DNA from: an uncultured Anaerolineaceae bacterium
GTDB lineage: Bacteria; Chloroflexota; Anaerolineae; Anaerolineales; Anaerolineaceae
Reading direction: 5' to 3'
NCBI GenBank assembly: GCA_964536465.1
Contig: CAZHXQ010000001.1
Coordinates: forward strand, 6,913-70,912
Length of the DNA stretch: 64,000 nt
The notes under the pieces are model-generated. The model searched no databases, had not been told where the DNA came from, and worked only from the letters and a program-made list of their open reading frames with translations. Both the position numbers and the translations under genes were made by a program. Positions 29,088 to 37,670 of the stretch are shown here, in pieces; position 1 is the stretch's first letter; the number at the start of each line of letters is the position of its first letter.

Positions 29088-30362
29088 ATGGACAAAGACA
29101 CATCAATTGTCGTTCAAGGTATCGGTAAGCGCTATAACATTGGCGCATTCCAGGAGCGCCAGGATACACTGCGTGACCTGATTGTCAACCAGGTGCAAAA
29201 TTTGGGCGGTCTCTTTCGTAAAGGCAAAGGTGGAAGCAAAAAAGATTACATCTGGGCCCTGCGAGATGTCAGCTTTGAAGTCAAACAGGGTCAGGCTTTG
29301 GGGATCATCGGTCGTAACGGCGCAGGAAAGAGCACCTTGCTCAAAGTGCTTTCCCGTGTGACCAACCCGACCGAAGGCTATGGCGAATTACGGGGCAGGG
29401 TTGGTTCTCTCCTGGAGGTTGGCACCGGTTTTCATCCTGAATTGACCGGCAGGGAGAATATTTTCCTTAACGGTGCCATTCTGGGAATGCACAAAAAAGA
29501 AATTGAAGCCCGTTTCGATGAGATTGTCGCTTTTTCTGAAGTCGAAAAATTTATTGACACGCCAGTCAAGCGCTATTCATCGGGTATGTACCTGAGGCTT
29601 GCTTTCGCGGTGGCAGCGCATCTGGAACCAGAAATTCTGGTTGTAGATGAAGTCTTGGCGGTGGGGGACGCGGATTTTCAACGAAAGAGCCTGGGCAAGA
29701 TGGGCGATGTCGCCAGTTCTGGCCGAACGGTTTTGTTCGTGAGTCATAACATGTCAGCCATTTTGCGCCTGACCCAGGAATCCATCGTGCTGGATAAGGG
29801 CCGGGTGTTGATGCGCGCCCCCTCGGCTGAAGCAGTCGATTTTTACCTCAACCGCGGCCTCTCCAAGTTGGGCGAGCGTTATTGGGAAGAGGATGAAATC
29901 CCAGCCTCAAGCAGTCCGTTCAAACCTCTGGCAATCAGAATTGTCGATAAAGATGGCAACGTCTCTGATTCAGTACGCTCGGTCGACCCCATCACGATTG
30001 AAATTGACTATGAACTCAGCGATGATATCACAGGTCTGCGCGTAGGTTACTATCTGTTGACGCCCAGGGGGGAGCCGGTTTTTACCAGCTTCGACACTGA
30101 CTCCGAAGAATTGTTCCGTGAGTATGCCGGCAGGGCCAAGGGTGTTTATGCAAGCCGTTGTGTTATCCCTGCCAATACATTAAACGAAGGTCGTTTTGTG
30201 CTGGGTATGAACGCCAGCTCTTACCGCATTAAACGTTATTTCCAGGACGATCAGGCGCTCAGCTTCACGGTTGATGCCAGTGGTGCCCCAGGTACCCAAT
30301 GGCCAGAGCCGAGACCTGGCGCAGTCAGGCCTGCTTTAGACTGGACAATTAACGAACGGTGA
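29088..30362 (+). CDS. wzt: Polysaccharide export ABC ATPase with a C-terminal extra (carbohydrate-binding-type) domain
   Basis: Walker A GRNGAGKST, signature YSSGMYLRLAFA and Walker B ILVVDEVL. About 170 further residues follow the NBD, as in the Wzt proteins that recognise capped O-polysaccharides. Confidence 0.85.
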   Translation: MDKDTSIVVQGIGKRYNIGAFQERQDTLRDLIVNQVQNLGGLFRKGKGGSKKDYIWALRDVSFEVKQGQALGIIGRNGAGKSTLLKVLSRVTNPTEGYGELRGRVGSLLEVGTGFHPELTGRENIFLNGAILGMHKKEIEARFDEIVAFSEVEKFIDTPVKRYSSGMYLRLAFAVAAHLEPEILVVDEVLAVGDADFQRKSLGKMGDVASSGRTVLFVSHNMSAILRLTQESIVLDKGRVLMRAPSAEAVDFYLNRGLSKLGERYWEEDEIPASSSPFKPLAIRIVDKDGNVSDSVRSVDPITIEIDYELSDDITGLRVGYYLLTPRGEPVFTSFDTDSEELFREYAGRAKGVYASRCVIPANTLNEGRFVLGMNASSYRIKRYFQDDQALSFTVDASGAPGTQWPEPRPGAVRPALDWTINER

Positions 30363-32014
30363 GTCCTATGAGCGCGAAAATTAAAAATTTTCTTGGTGAA
30401 CTGCCCCTGACTGTTGAAGCCTATTGGGCGATGCACGGCAGGAACAAACCTTTGCTGGCACACTATCAGCTTGATAGTTTGAAGGAAGTGCTGCCAGAAG
30501 CCGTCAGAGATGTTCAGCGGTACCAGCGAAAAGCGCAAAAATCGCGCAAAATTTGCATTTTTGCCACGCTGCATTACTGGATCGAGCAGTCGATGTTGGT
30601 TGCGCTTGCCCTGGCAGGGCAAGGTCACCGGGTGACCTTCTCCTGGTTGCCCTACGCCGACTGGGATAAAGAAATCAGCCGCTTCGATCTGCGCCGGCAA
30701 GATTTATATACTTTGGATGCACTCAAGCCAGCTGCTCAAGTAATGCGCATAGATAGCCTTCTGGCGCACAGCCTGTCTGCCGGCAAGCGACCCCAGCTGA
30801 CAACCGAGCTACGTGAAATCGTTGATCAGGTTTCTGACTACGATACGCAATATACGCTGCAAATCGAAGAAACCGATCTTTCCAGCCCACTCTACCAATT
30901 GCGTCAACAACGCAACGGTCAGGCCGCGCTGGCAATTTTCGATTGGCTGCAAAAAGAAAAGCCAGATTTGTTGATTATCCCGAACGGAACCATCCTCGAA
31001 ATGGGCGTTGCTTACCAAATCGCCCGCTCACAGGGAATTGAGACAATAACCTTCGAATTTGCCGACCAGCAGGAACGCATCTGGCTGGCGCAAGATGACG
31101 AAATTATGCAGCATAACACCTCAGATCTGTGGAATCAGCTTGGCGAACAACCTTTGCCGCAAAAAGCCAGGTATGCATTGATGAGTTTATTTGGCGCTCG
31201 CAAAAATGCCCGCCTATGGGGTAACTTTGCCCGCCAATGGCAGCAAAAAGAGAGCCAAGGCGGCGCCAGCGTCCGCGACAGACTCAATTTGGATTCGCGA
31301 CCGCTCGCGCTGTTGGCCACCAACGTTTTAGGTGACAGCCTCACCCTCGGCAGGCAGCGCATTACCGCTACCATGGCAGAAATGATCGTCAAGACCATCG
31401 GCTACTTTGCTCGCCACCCGCAGTTGCAGCTGGTGGTGCGCGTTCATCCTGGCGAGCTAAAAACCCACGGCACTTCAATGGTCGAGGTGATCGAACAGGC
31501 ATACCCCGCCCTGCCAGACAACATTCGCATCATCCGACCGGAAGATAAAACTAACACTTACGATCTGATGGAAATCGCTGACTTTGGGTTGGTTTACACA
31601 ACCACCGTTGGAATGGAGATGACTATGAACGGTCTGCCAGTGATCGTCACAGGTAAGACCCATTATGCCGGCAAAGGCTTCACCCTTGATCCGCAGAGCT
31701 GGCAGGAATATGAGCAGATGCTCGACCGTGTCAGCGAGAATCCCAAATCTGCCAGACTGACCCCAGAGCAAATTGAAAAGGCCTGGATGTATGCTTATTT
31801 GTTCTTTTTTGAATTTTCTTTGCCTTTTCCCTGGCATATCCTTTGGCTAGAAGAAGACTTCAAAAAACGACCCATAGGTTACGTCTTGTCCGATGAAGGT
31901 CAGCAGAGGTATGGTCAGACCTTTGATTATCTGGTTGGTAAGCCGCTTGACTGGGAGGCTCGGGGTCTTGCCAGGCTGGAAACATTGCCAATTGACGAGG
32001 AGATCTCCCTATGA
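30359..32014 (+). CDS. KpsC/KpsS-like (Capsule_synth-type, GT-B) putative ulosonic-acid transferase
   Basis: 551 aa. VRVHPGE ... GLVYTTTVGMEMTMNGLPVIV resembles the HP and S/T-x-G-x-E-A motifs of capsule beta-Kdo transferases. Paralog of 46421..48043. Confidence 0.55.
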   Translation: MSPMSAKIKNFLGELPLTVEAYWAMHGRNKPLLAHYQLDSLKEVLPEAVRDVQRYQRKAQKSRKICIFATLHYWIEQSMLVALALAGQGHRVTFSWLPYADWDKEISRFDLRRQDLYTLDALKPAAQVMRIDSLLAHSLSAGKRPQLTTELREIVDQVSDYDTQYTLQIEETDLSSPLYQLRQQRNGQAALAIFDWLQKEKPDLLIIPNGTILEMGVAYQIARSQGIETITFEFADQQERIWLAQDDEIMQHNTSDLWNQLGEQPLPQKARYALMSLFGARKNARLWGNFARQWQQKESQGGASVRDRLNLDSRPLALLATNVLGDSLTLGRQRITATMAEMIVKTIGYFARHPQLQLVVRVHPGELKTHGTSMVEVIEQAYPALPDNIRIIRPEDKTNTYDLMEIADFGLVYTTTVGMEMTMNGLPVIVTGKTHYAGKGFTLDPQSWQEYEQMLDRVSENPKSARLTPEQIEKAWMYAYLFFFEFSLPFPWHILWLEEDFKKRPIGYVLSDEGQQRYGQTFDYLVGKPLDWEARGLARLETLPIDEEISL

Positions 32015-32904
32015 ACCAGGATTCGGTCAAGCACGAAATCGGTCAGTTCTATGACGAAATCGGCTGGCAACTAGAGGCAGAAGGCGTATACCAAAACGCT
32101 CGTTATGAAGACCTGCGTCCGGTATCCGCAGAATATATTCACAAATGCCACATGCGTGTCAAACGCTATCTGGCTCCCAGCGGCAAGTACCTGCTGGACG
32201 GCGGATCCGGGCCGGTGCAATATGACGAATACCTGACCTATTCTGAAGGGTACCAGTACAGAGTATGTATGGACCTGTCGCTGGTAGCTTTAGTGGAGGC
32301 TCGCAAACGTCTGGGTGAGAAGGGCATCTATATCAATGCTGATATCGCCAACTTGCCCTTCCGTTCGGATGTTTTCGATGGCATCGTCTCCTTGCACACC
32401 ATCCACCACGTTCCGATCGAAGAAAAAGTTGGTGTCTACCAAGGGCTGCACCGTTGCCTGAAACCTGGCCGTACAATGGTTACAGTGGATGGTTGGTCAG
32501 AAGTGCCATTAGCCAAACCGATGCAGTTCCTAATGCGCGTAGCTAACAGATTGCGCCGCTGGACAGGCAAGGAAGCTGCCGCTATGCCAGACGGATTTTC
32601 CGCCAGCCAGGCGAATATGCAAGAAAAAAAGCCTGATCAGGAACCGGTTGGGACTTTCGTGCTGAAAACCTCAGCCCGGTGGTTTCACAGCGTGATGAAA
32701 GGCATCTTGCCTTATGAAATTCGCGTCTGGCGCAGTGTTTCGGTAAGATTCCTGCGCTCAGTTATCCAGCCAGAATGGGCTGGGCGCTTCTGGTTAAAAC
32801 TTTTGTATCGCCTGGAAGAATGGTTTCCGCATTATTTTGGTGAAAACGGGCAATACCCGCTCATAATCATTTCAAAAGAGAACGCAGGTAGCGCTAAGGA
32901 GTAA
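32011..32904 (+). CDS. Class I SAM-dependent methyltransferase
   Basis: Motif I LLDGGSGPVQY, then post-I and motif II (DGIVSLHTIHHV, LKPGR). Confidence 0.8.
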   Translation: MNQDSVKHEIGQFYDEIGWQLEAEGVYQNARYEDLRPVSAEYIHKCHMRVKRYLAPSGKYLLDGGSGPVQYDEYLTYSEGYQYRVCMDLSLVALVEARKRLGEKGIYINADIANLPFRSDVFDGIVSLHTIHHVPIEEKVGVYQGLHRCLKPGRTMVTVDGWSEVPLAKPMQFLMRVANRLRRWTGKEAAAMPDGFSASQANMQEKKPDQEPVGTFVLKTSARWFHSVMKGILPYEIRVWRSVSVRFLRSVIQPEWAGRFWLKLLYRLEEWFPHYFGENGQYPLIIISKENAGSAKE

Positions 32905-32906
32905 GT

Positions 32907-33917
32907 ATGGACTGGCAAGATAAGGTCGTTTTGGTAACGGGGGGAACAGGATCCTTCGGTAAGAAATTTATTCGCATTTTGCTGGATGAATATAACCCGG
33001 CTAAAGTGATTGTTTATAGCCGCGATGAGCTCAAACAACACGATATGCAGACGACGGGCGGTTTCAACGACCCCCGAATACGTTATTTTATCGGCGATGT
33101 ACGCGACAAAGAGCGTCTGATCAGGGCCATGTATGGTGTCAACATTGTGGTGCATTCCGCAGCGCTTAAACAGGTTCCGGCCTGTGAATACAACCCAATG
33201 GAAGCGATTAAGACGAACATCCTCGGCTCCGCCAACGTTATTGACGCTGCTATTGAGAACGGGGTCGAAAAAGTGCTGGCGCTGTCGACTGATAAAGCTG
33301 TCAACCCCATCAATCTTTACGGTGCCACCAAGCTGGCGGCTGAGAAACTGATGGTGCAGAGCAATGCCTATGCCGGCGGGCGCAAAACCCGCATTTCGTG
33401 CACTCGTTACGGCAATGTGGTTGGCTCGCGCGGATCGGTCGTTCCGCTTTTCATCAGTCAGCGCCCTACTGGCGTCCTGACCATCACGGATGAACGAATG
33501 ACCCGTTTCTGGATGTCGCTTGAACAAGGCGTGCGCTTCGTGATCAGCTGCATTGAGCAAATGCAAGGAGGCGAAGTCTTTATCCCTAAGATTCCCAGCA
33601 TGAAAATGACGGACCTGGCCAAAGCAATGGCACCTGAGGCCGAAATCCGAATTATCGGCATTCGCCCCGGCGAGAAATTGCACGAAAGTCTGATCTCAGA
33701 AGACGAAGCCCGCACTACTATTGAGCTCCCTGATATGTATGTTGTTCAGCCCGCCGGCGCGGATCTTTGGTTTGGCCGAGCCTGGCAAGAAAAGGGCCAA
33801 CCTGTCCCTGATGGCTTCGTCTACAATAGTGGCACCAATTCTGATTGGCTGGATGTAGAAGGCATTATGGCAATCATCAAACCGATCGAAGAAGAACTGG
33901 CGGAGGCCAGAAAATAA
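32907..33917 (+). CDS. pseB: UDP-N-acetylglucosamine 4,6-dehydratase (inverting), PseB/FlaA1-type
   Basis: VLVTGGTGSFGKKF, YSRDELKQHDM, RYFIGDVRD, STDKAVNPINLYGATKLAAEKL, RYGNVVGSRGSVVP and IPSMKMTDLAKAM are near-identical in pattern to recalled PseB. The Tyr in YGATK distinguishes it from CapE/FnlA, which have MGxSK. Confidence 0.85.
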   Translation: MDWQDKVVLVTGGTGSFGKKFIRILLDEYNPAKVIVYSRDELKQHDMQTTGGFNDPRIRYFIGDVRDKERLIRAMYGVNIVVHSAALKQVPACEYNPMEAIKTNILGSANVIDAAIENGVEKVLALSTDKAVNPINLYGATKLAAEKLMVQSNAYAGGRKTRISCTRYGNVVGSRGSVVPLFISQRPTGVLTITDERMTRFWMSLEQGVRFVISCIEQMQGGEVFIPKIPSMKMTDLAKAMAPEAEIRIIGIRPGEKLHESLISEDEARTTIELPDMYVVQPAGADLWFGRAWQEKGQPVPDGFVYNSGTNSDWLDVEGIMAIIKPIEEELAEARK

Positions 33918-33918
33918 A

Positions 33919-34839
33919 ATGACCCGCTTGCTGATCACCGGCGTGAGTGGATTGCTGGGTATCAACCTGGCGCTTGAGGCTGTCGGGGCGGGCCACGAAG
34001 TAGTTGGTTGGACTCACAGCCGTTCTTTGAAGGGTGTGCCTTTCGAGCAGGAGACCGTCTGCTTGGAAGACCTTGAGGTTCTGCCTGTGGCACTTCAGAG
34101 AGCCCGCCCGGAGGCGCTCATCCATTGCGCCGCGATTGCCAACCTGGATGAAGCGGAACAAAATCCCCAGCACACTTTTTTGGTTAACGCCCAGGCACCT
34201 GGCGTGTTAGCGCGTGCCTCAAAGGAAGCAGGTATCCCTTTTGTCCAAATTTCCACCGACGCGGTCTTTGACGGCAGTAAGGGTAACTACAACGAAGAAG
34301 ACCCGCCGAACCCACAAAACACCTACGCGCAATCAAAACTGGCTGGAGAACAGGCTGTTCGGAATGAATATCCGGAGGCGCTGGTGGCCAGGGTCGTTTT
34401 TTATGGTTGGTCGCTCAGCGGCAAGCGCAGCCTGGCGGAGTTCTTTTTTAATAATCTCAGCCAGGGCAAGCAGGTCAAGGGCTTCACTGACTCGATCTTC
34501 AGCCCCCTCTACGCGCGAGATTTGGCCGAACTGCTCCTGGAAGCCCTCTCGAAAAATCTGCGGGGAACCTACCATTTCTTTTCCAGAGAGAGTTTGAGCA
34601 AATATGATTTTGGCATGGCCATGGCGGATCGCTTCGGTTTAGATCAAAACCTGATCACAGCAGTAAAAACCGCCCAGGGCAACTTGAATATCCCCCGTTC
34701 GCTCAATCTCAGTGCAAGCAGCGCTAAACTCTGTACAGCGCTTGGCCATGAAATTCCGGGTGTGGTCGAGGGACTGGAGCGAATGTTTGCAGACTGTCAG
34801 CACGGTCTGCGCAAACGCCTGGCAGCTTTTTTGGCATAA
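33919..34839 (+). CDS. RmlD-like NAD(P)-dependent sugar 4-ketoreductase
   Basis: LITGVSGLLG, CAAIANLDEAE, STDAVFDG and YAQSKLAGEQ match the RmlD substrate-binding-domain family. No rmlA, rmlB or rmlC lies nearby. Confidence 0.75.
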   Translation: MTRLLITGVSGLLGINLALEAVGAGHEVVGWTHSRSLKGVPFEQETVCLEDLEVLPVALQRARPEALIHCAAIANLDEAEQNPQHTFLVNAQAPGVLARASKEAGIPFVQISTDAVFDGSKGNYNEEDPPNPQNTYAQSKLAGEQAVRNEYPEALVARVVFYGWSLSGKRSLAEFFFNNLSQGKQVKGFTDSIFSPLYARDLAELLLEALSKNLRGTYHFFSRESLSKYDFGMAMADRFGLDQNLITAVKTAQGNLNIPRSLNLSASSAKLCTALGHEIPGVVEGLERMFADCQHGLRKRLAAFLA

Positions 34840-34850
34840 TAGGAGAAAAT

Positions 34851-35918
34851 ATGGAACTCAAAATTGGCAAGCACCTGATCGGTGACAAACATCCTACATA
34901 CTTTATCGCGGATATCGCCGCCAATCATGACGGCAGCCTGGAACGCGCACTGCATCTTATCCACCTGGCCGCTCAAGCAGGAGCCAATGCCGCTAAGTTC
35001 CAAAACTTCCGCGGGGCAGAGATTGTTTCCGATTACGGCTTCAATCACATGAATGCCCAGGTCTCTCACCAGGCTAATTGGAAAAAGAGCGTGACCCAAG
35101 TCTATGATGACGCCTCTATACCCTTTAACTGGACGCCGATCCTCAAGCGGGAGTGCGACCAGGCTGGGATTGACTATTTCTCTTCCCCCTATGACTTTGA
35201 AGCCACAGATATGCTCGACTCCTACGTGCCCGCTTATAAAATCGGCTCAGGCGATATCACCTGGATGGAAAATTGCCTGCGCATGGCCGAAAAAGGCAAA
35301 CCGGTACTGCTGGCAACAGGCGCTTCCCATATTGGCGAAGTCCAGCGAGCAGTAGAAGCCATCCTGGCGGTTAACCCAAAATTGATTTTAATGCAGTGCA
35401 ATACCAATTACACAGCTGCTGATGGTAACTTCGACAACATCCATCTGAATGTGCTCAAAACCTACCATCAGATCTGGCCGGAGCTGATTTTAGGCCTCAG
35501 CGACCATACTCACGGTCATGCTACCGTGCTGGGTGCGGTCGCCCTGGGTGCCCGTGTAATAGAAAAACATTTCACTGACGATAACGATCGCGAGGGGCCG
35601 GACCATGCCTTTGCCATGAACCCGCAAAGCTGGGCAGAAATGGTGCGTAACACCCGCCAACTGGAACGCGCACTTGGTTCTGGCAATAAATTTGTAACTG
35701 ACAATGAAAAAGAAACTGTGGTTGTGCAACGCCGCTGCCTGAGGGCTGGACGGGACATACAAACCGGTGAGAGGCTGACCCGTGAGATGATTGCTGTGCT
35801 GCGCCCGGCCACCCCCGGTGCGATTGAGCCCCACGAAGTCGACAGGGTGGTTGGTCTTAAAGCGCTCAGAGATATCACGCGTGGGCAGGAACTGCGCTGG
35901 ACGCAGTTAGGCGATTAA
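34851..35918 (+). CDS. Nonulosonic acid synthase (NeuB/PseI/LegI family) with a C-terminal SAF domain
   Basis: PTYFIADIAANHDGSLERALHLIHLAAQAGANAAKFQNF, SSPYD, YKIGSGD, SDHT, IEKHFT, and a C-terminal SAF-like segment (RRCLRAGRDIQTGERLTREMIAVLRP). Confidence 0.85.
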   Translation: MELKIGKHLIGDKHPTYFIADIAANHDGSLERALHLIHLAAQAGANAAKFQNFRGAEIVSDYGFNHMNAQVSHQANWKKSVTQVYDDASIPFNWTPILKRECDQAGIDYFSSPYDFEATDMLDSYVPAYKIGSGDITWMENCLRMAEKGKPVLLATGASHIGEVQRAVEAILAVNPKLILMQCNTNYTAADGNFDNIHLNVLKTYHQIWPELILGLSDHTHGHATVLGAVALGARVIEKHFTDDNDREGPDHAFAMNPQSWAEMVRNTRQLERALGSGNKFVTDNEKETVVVQRRCLRAGRDIQTGERLTREMIAVLRPATPGAIEPHEVDRVVGLKALRDITRGQELRWTQLGD

Positions 35919-35921
35919 CCT

Positions 35922-37022
35922 ATGCGAATAATGTACTTGACCCGTTCAGATTCTGTTCATGATCAGCGTTTCATGCAGACGCTGGCTGAAAGTGAGTTTG
36001 AGGCTTTTGTCTGGCGCTTACTTTCGGGTGATTACCCTACCCCTGAAGGAGTGACAACTTTAGATTGGCAGGGGATTGGCGGAGGTTTGCAAGCCTGGAA
36101 TTTGCCTTTCGCCCAGAGAAAGTTAGAGCAGGCCATTCGAGAGGTCCAACCCGATCTGATTCACGCCGGCCCGTTGCACGACCTGGCCTTTTTGGCTGCT
36201 AAGACAGGCTTTGCCAATCTTCTCTCGATGAGTTGGGGGTTCGATTTGATGAAAGATGTGCGGGTCGATAAGCTGACCGAACACCGCACCCGATTTGCCC
36301 TGCAGCGTTCCAAAGGTTTGATAACCGACGCCTACTGCTCTGCAGAGGCAGCCGCCGGTCTTGGTTTTCCCCGTGAAGATATCTGCATATTCCCCTGGGG
36401 TGTCAACTTGCAGCACTTCTCTCCTGCCAACGCGCGCAAGAGCGGTCTCGCCTGGCGGCAAAAAATGGGTTGGGAGGATAATTTGGTCCTGTTGTGCCTG
36501 CGCAGTTGGGAACCCAACTACGGGGTCGGCACGCTCCTGGCTGCTTTTGAAAAAGCGGCAGCTGAAAAGCAGAACTTGCGTCTGATATTACTGGGCGATG
36601 GCAGCCTGCATGACGAATACTTGCGAGTGTTAGAGGATGAGAGTTTCAAAGACAAAGTTTTTATCGGCGGTCGGGTTCCAAACCAGGAACTGGTCAAGTT
36701 TTATGGCGCTGCCGATGTGTATGTCACTCCCAGTCATGTGGACGGTTCTTCCGTCTCGCTGATGGAAGCCCTGGCTTGCGGGTTACCCACAATCGCCTCG
36801 GACATACCGGCTAACCTCGAATGGGTGTACCATAATGAAAACGGCTGGATTTTCCCTGACAATAATATTAACGCTCTCAGGGAGACCATTCTGAACTGCC
36901 ATCCAAACTTAGAAATGGCAGAACGCGCCAGGGCAACTGCTGAAAGCAAAGCCGACTGGCAAAAAAACCGGCAAATTTTGTTGGACTGTTACCGACAATT
37001 GCTGCCCAATGAAGGAAAATAA
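35922..37022 (+). CDS. Glycosyltransferase family 4 (GT-B)
   Basis: C-terminal ADVYVTPSHVDGSSVSLMEALACGLPTIASDIPANLEWV is the E-x7-E GT4 signature. Confidence 0.8.
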   Translation: MRIMYLTRSDSVHDQRFMQTLAESEFEAFVWRLLSGDYPTPEGVTTLDWQGIGGGLQAWNLPFAQRKLEQAIREVQPDLIHAGPLHDLAFLAAKTGFANLLSMSWGFDLMKDVRVDKLTEHRTRFALQRSKGLITDAYCSAEAAAGLGFPREDICIFPWGVNLQHFSPANARKSGLAWRQKMGWEDNLVLLCLRSWEPNYGVGTLLAAFEKAAAEKQNLRLILLGDGSLHDEYLRVLEDESFKDKVFIGGRVPNQELVKFYGAADVYVTPSHVDGSSVSLMEALACGLPTIASDIPANLEWVYHNENGWIFPDNNINALRETILNCHPNLEMAERARATAESKADWQKNRQILLDCYRQLLPNEGK

Positions 37023-37023
37023 A

Positions 37024-37656
37024 ATGAACAAAAAATTAATTTTGATTTTTGGTGTGCTGTTACTGGTTGTGACAGCCTGTAATTTCCCGGTTGGCAAAAA
37101 GACCGCCACCCCTATGCCCACCCCGACTCCGGATACGAGCATGCAGCTCTACTATGGCCAAGGTATGCAGATCATGCTGCCACCCAGTTACATTGCAGAA
37201 GACATCAAAACACAGCTCCCTAATATCATTGAAACGCTCACCAATCTGGTTGGCGACAGTGAAGGTTTTGCGCGTGACCTGATAAGGGAAATTGAAGGGA
37301 ATGTCGCCTGGTATGGTTTCGATGGTGATACGCCAGCGGTCTATCCGACCCGTTTGATCGTCATTAAGAATAAATCACTGGCGGCACTTCCGGTGGGTAT
37401 CATTACGCTGGGGCTGGAGCAGGTGCTGGGACGGAATCAGACCGAAGTGGACCGGGATTCACTGACCCTAAACGGACGCGATGTGACCCGCTTCACCTAT
37501 TCCAAAGACAGCAATGCCTTTGCCGCCTACCTCTTTAAAGAGCAGCACCGCCTGTGGATCAGTGTCTTCATAACTACCCCCGCGAATATGGCTGTTTCTT
37601 TGACCGACTACAACACCAGCATCGGCTCTATGCAAATTGACCCGATAGCGGAGTAA
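37024..37656 (+). CDS. Small lipoprotein with a Pro/Thr-rich linker, function unknown
   Basis: Start at ATG 37024. Lipobox LVVTAC, then the TATPMPTPTPDTS linker and a globular domain of about 170 aa. Confidence 0.6.
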   Translation: MNKKLILIFGVLLLVVTACNFPVGKKTATPMPTPTPDTSMQLYYGQGMQIMLPPSYIAEDIKTQLPNIIETLTNLVGDSEGFARDLIREIEGNVAWYGFDGDTPAVYPTRLIVIKNKSLAALPVGIITLGLEQVLGRNQTEVDRDSLTLNGRDVTRFTYSKDSNAFAAYLFKEQHRLWISVFITTPANMAVSLTDYNTSIGSMQIDPIAE

Positions 37657-37670
37657 TGATAAGGTAAAGC

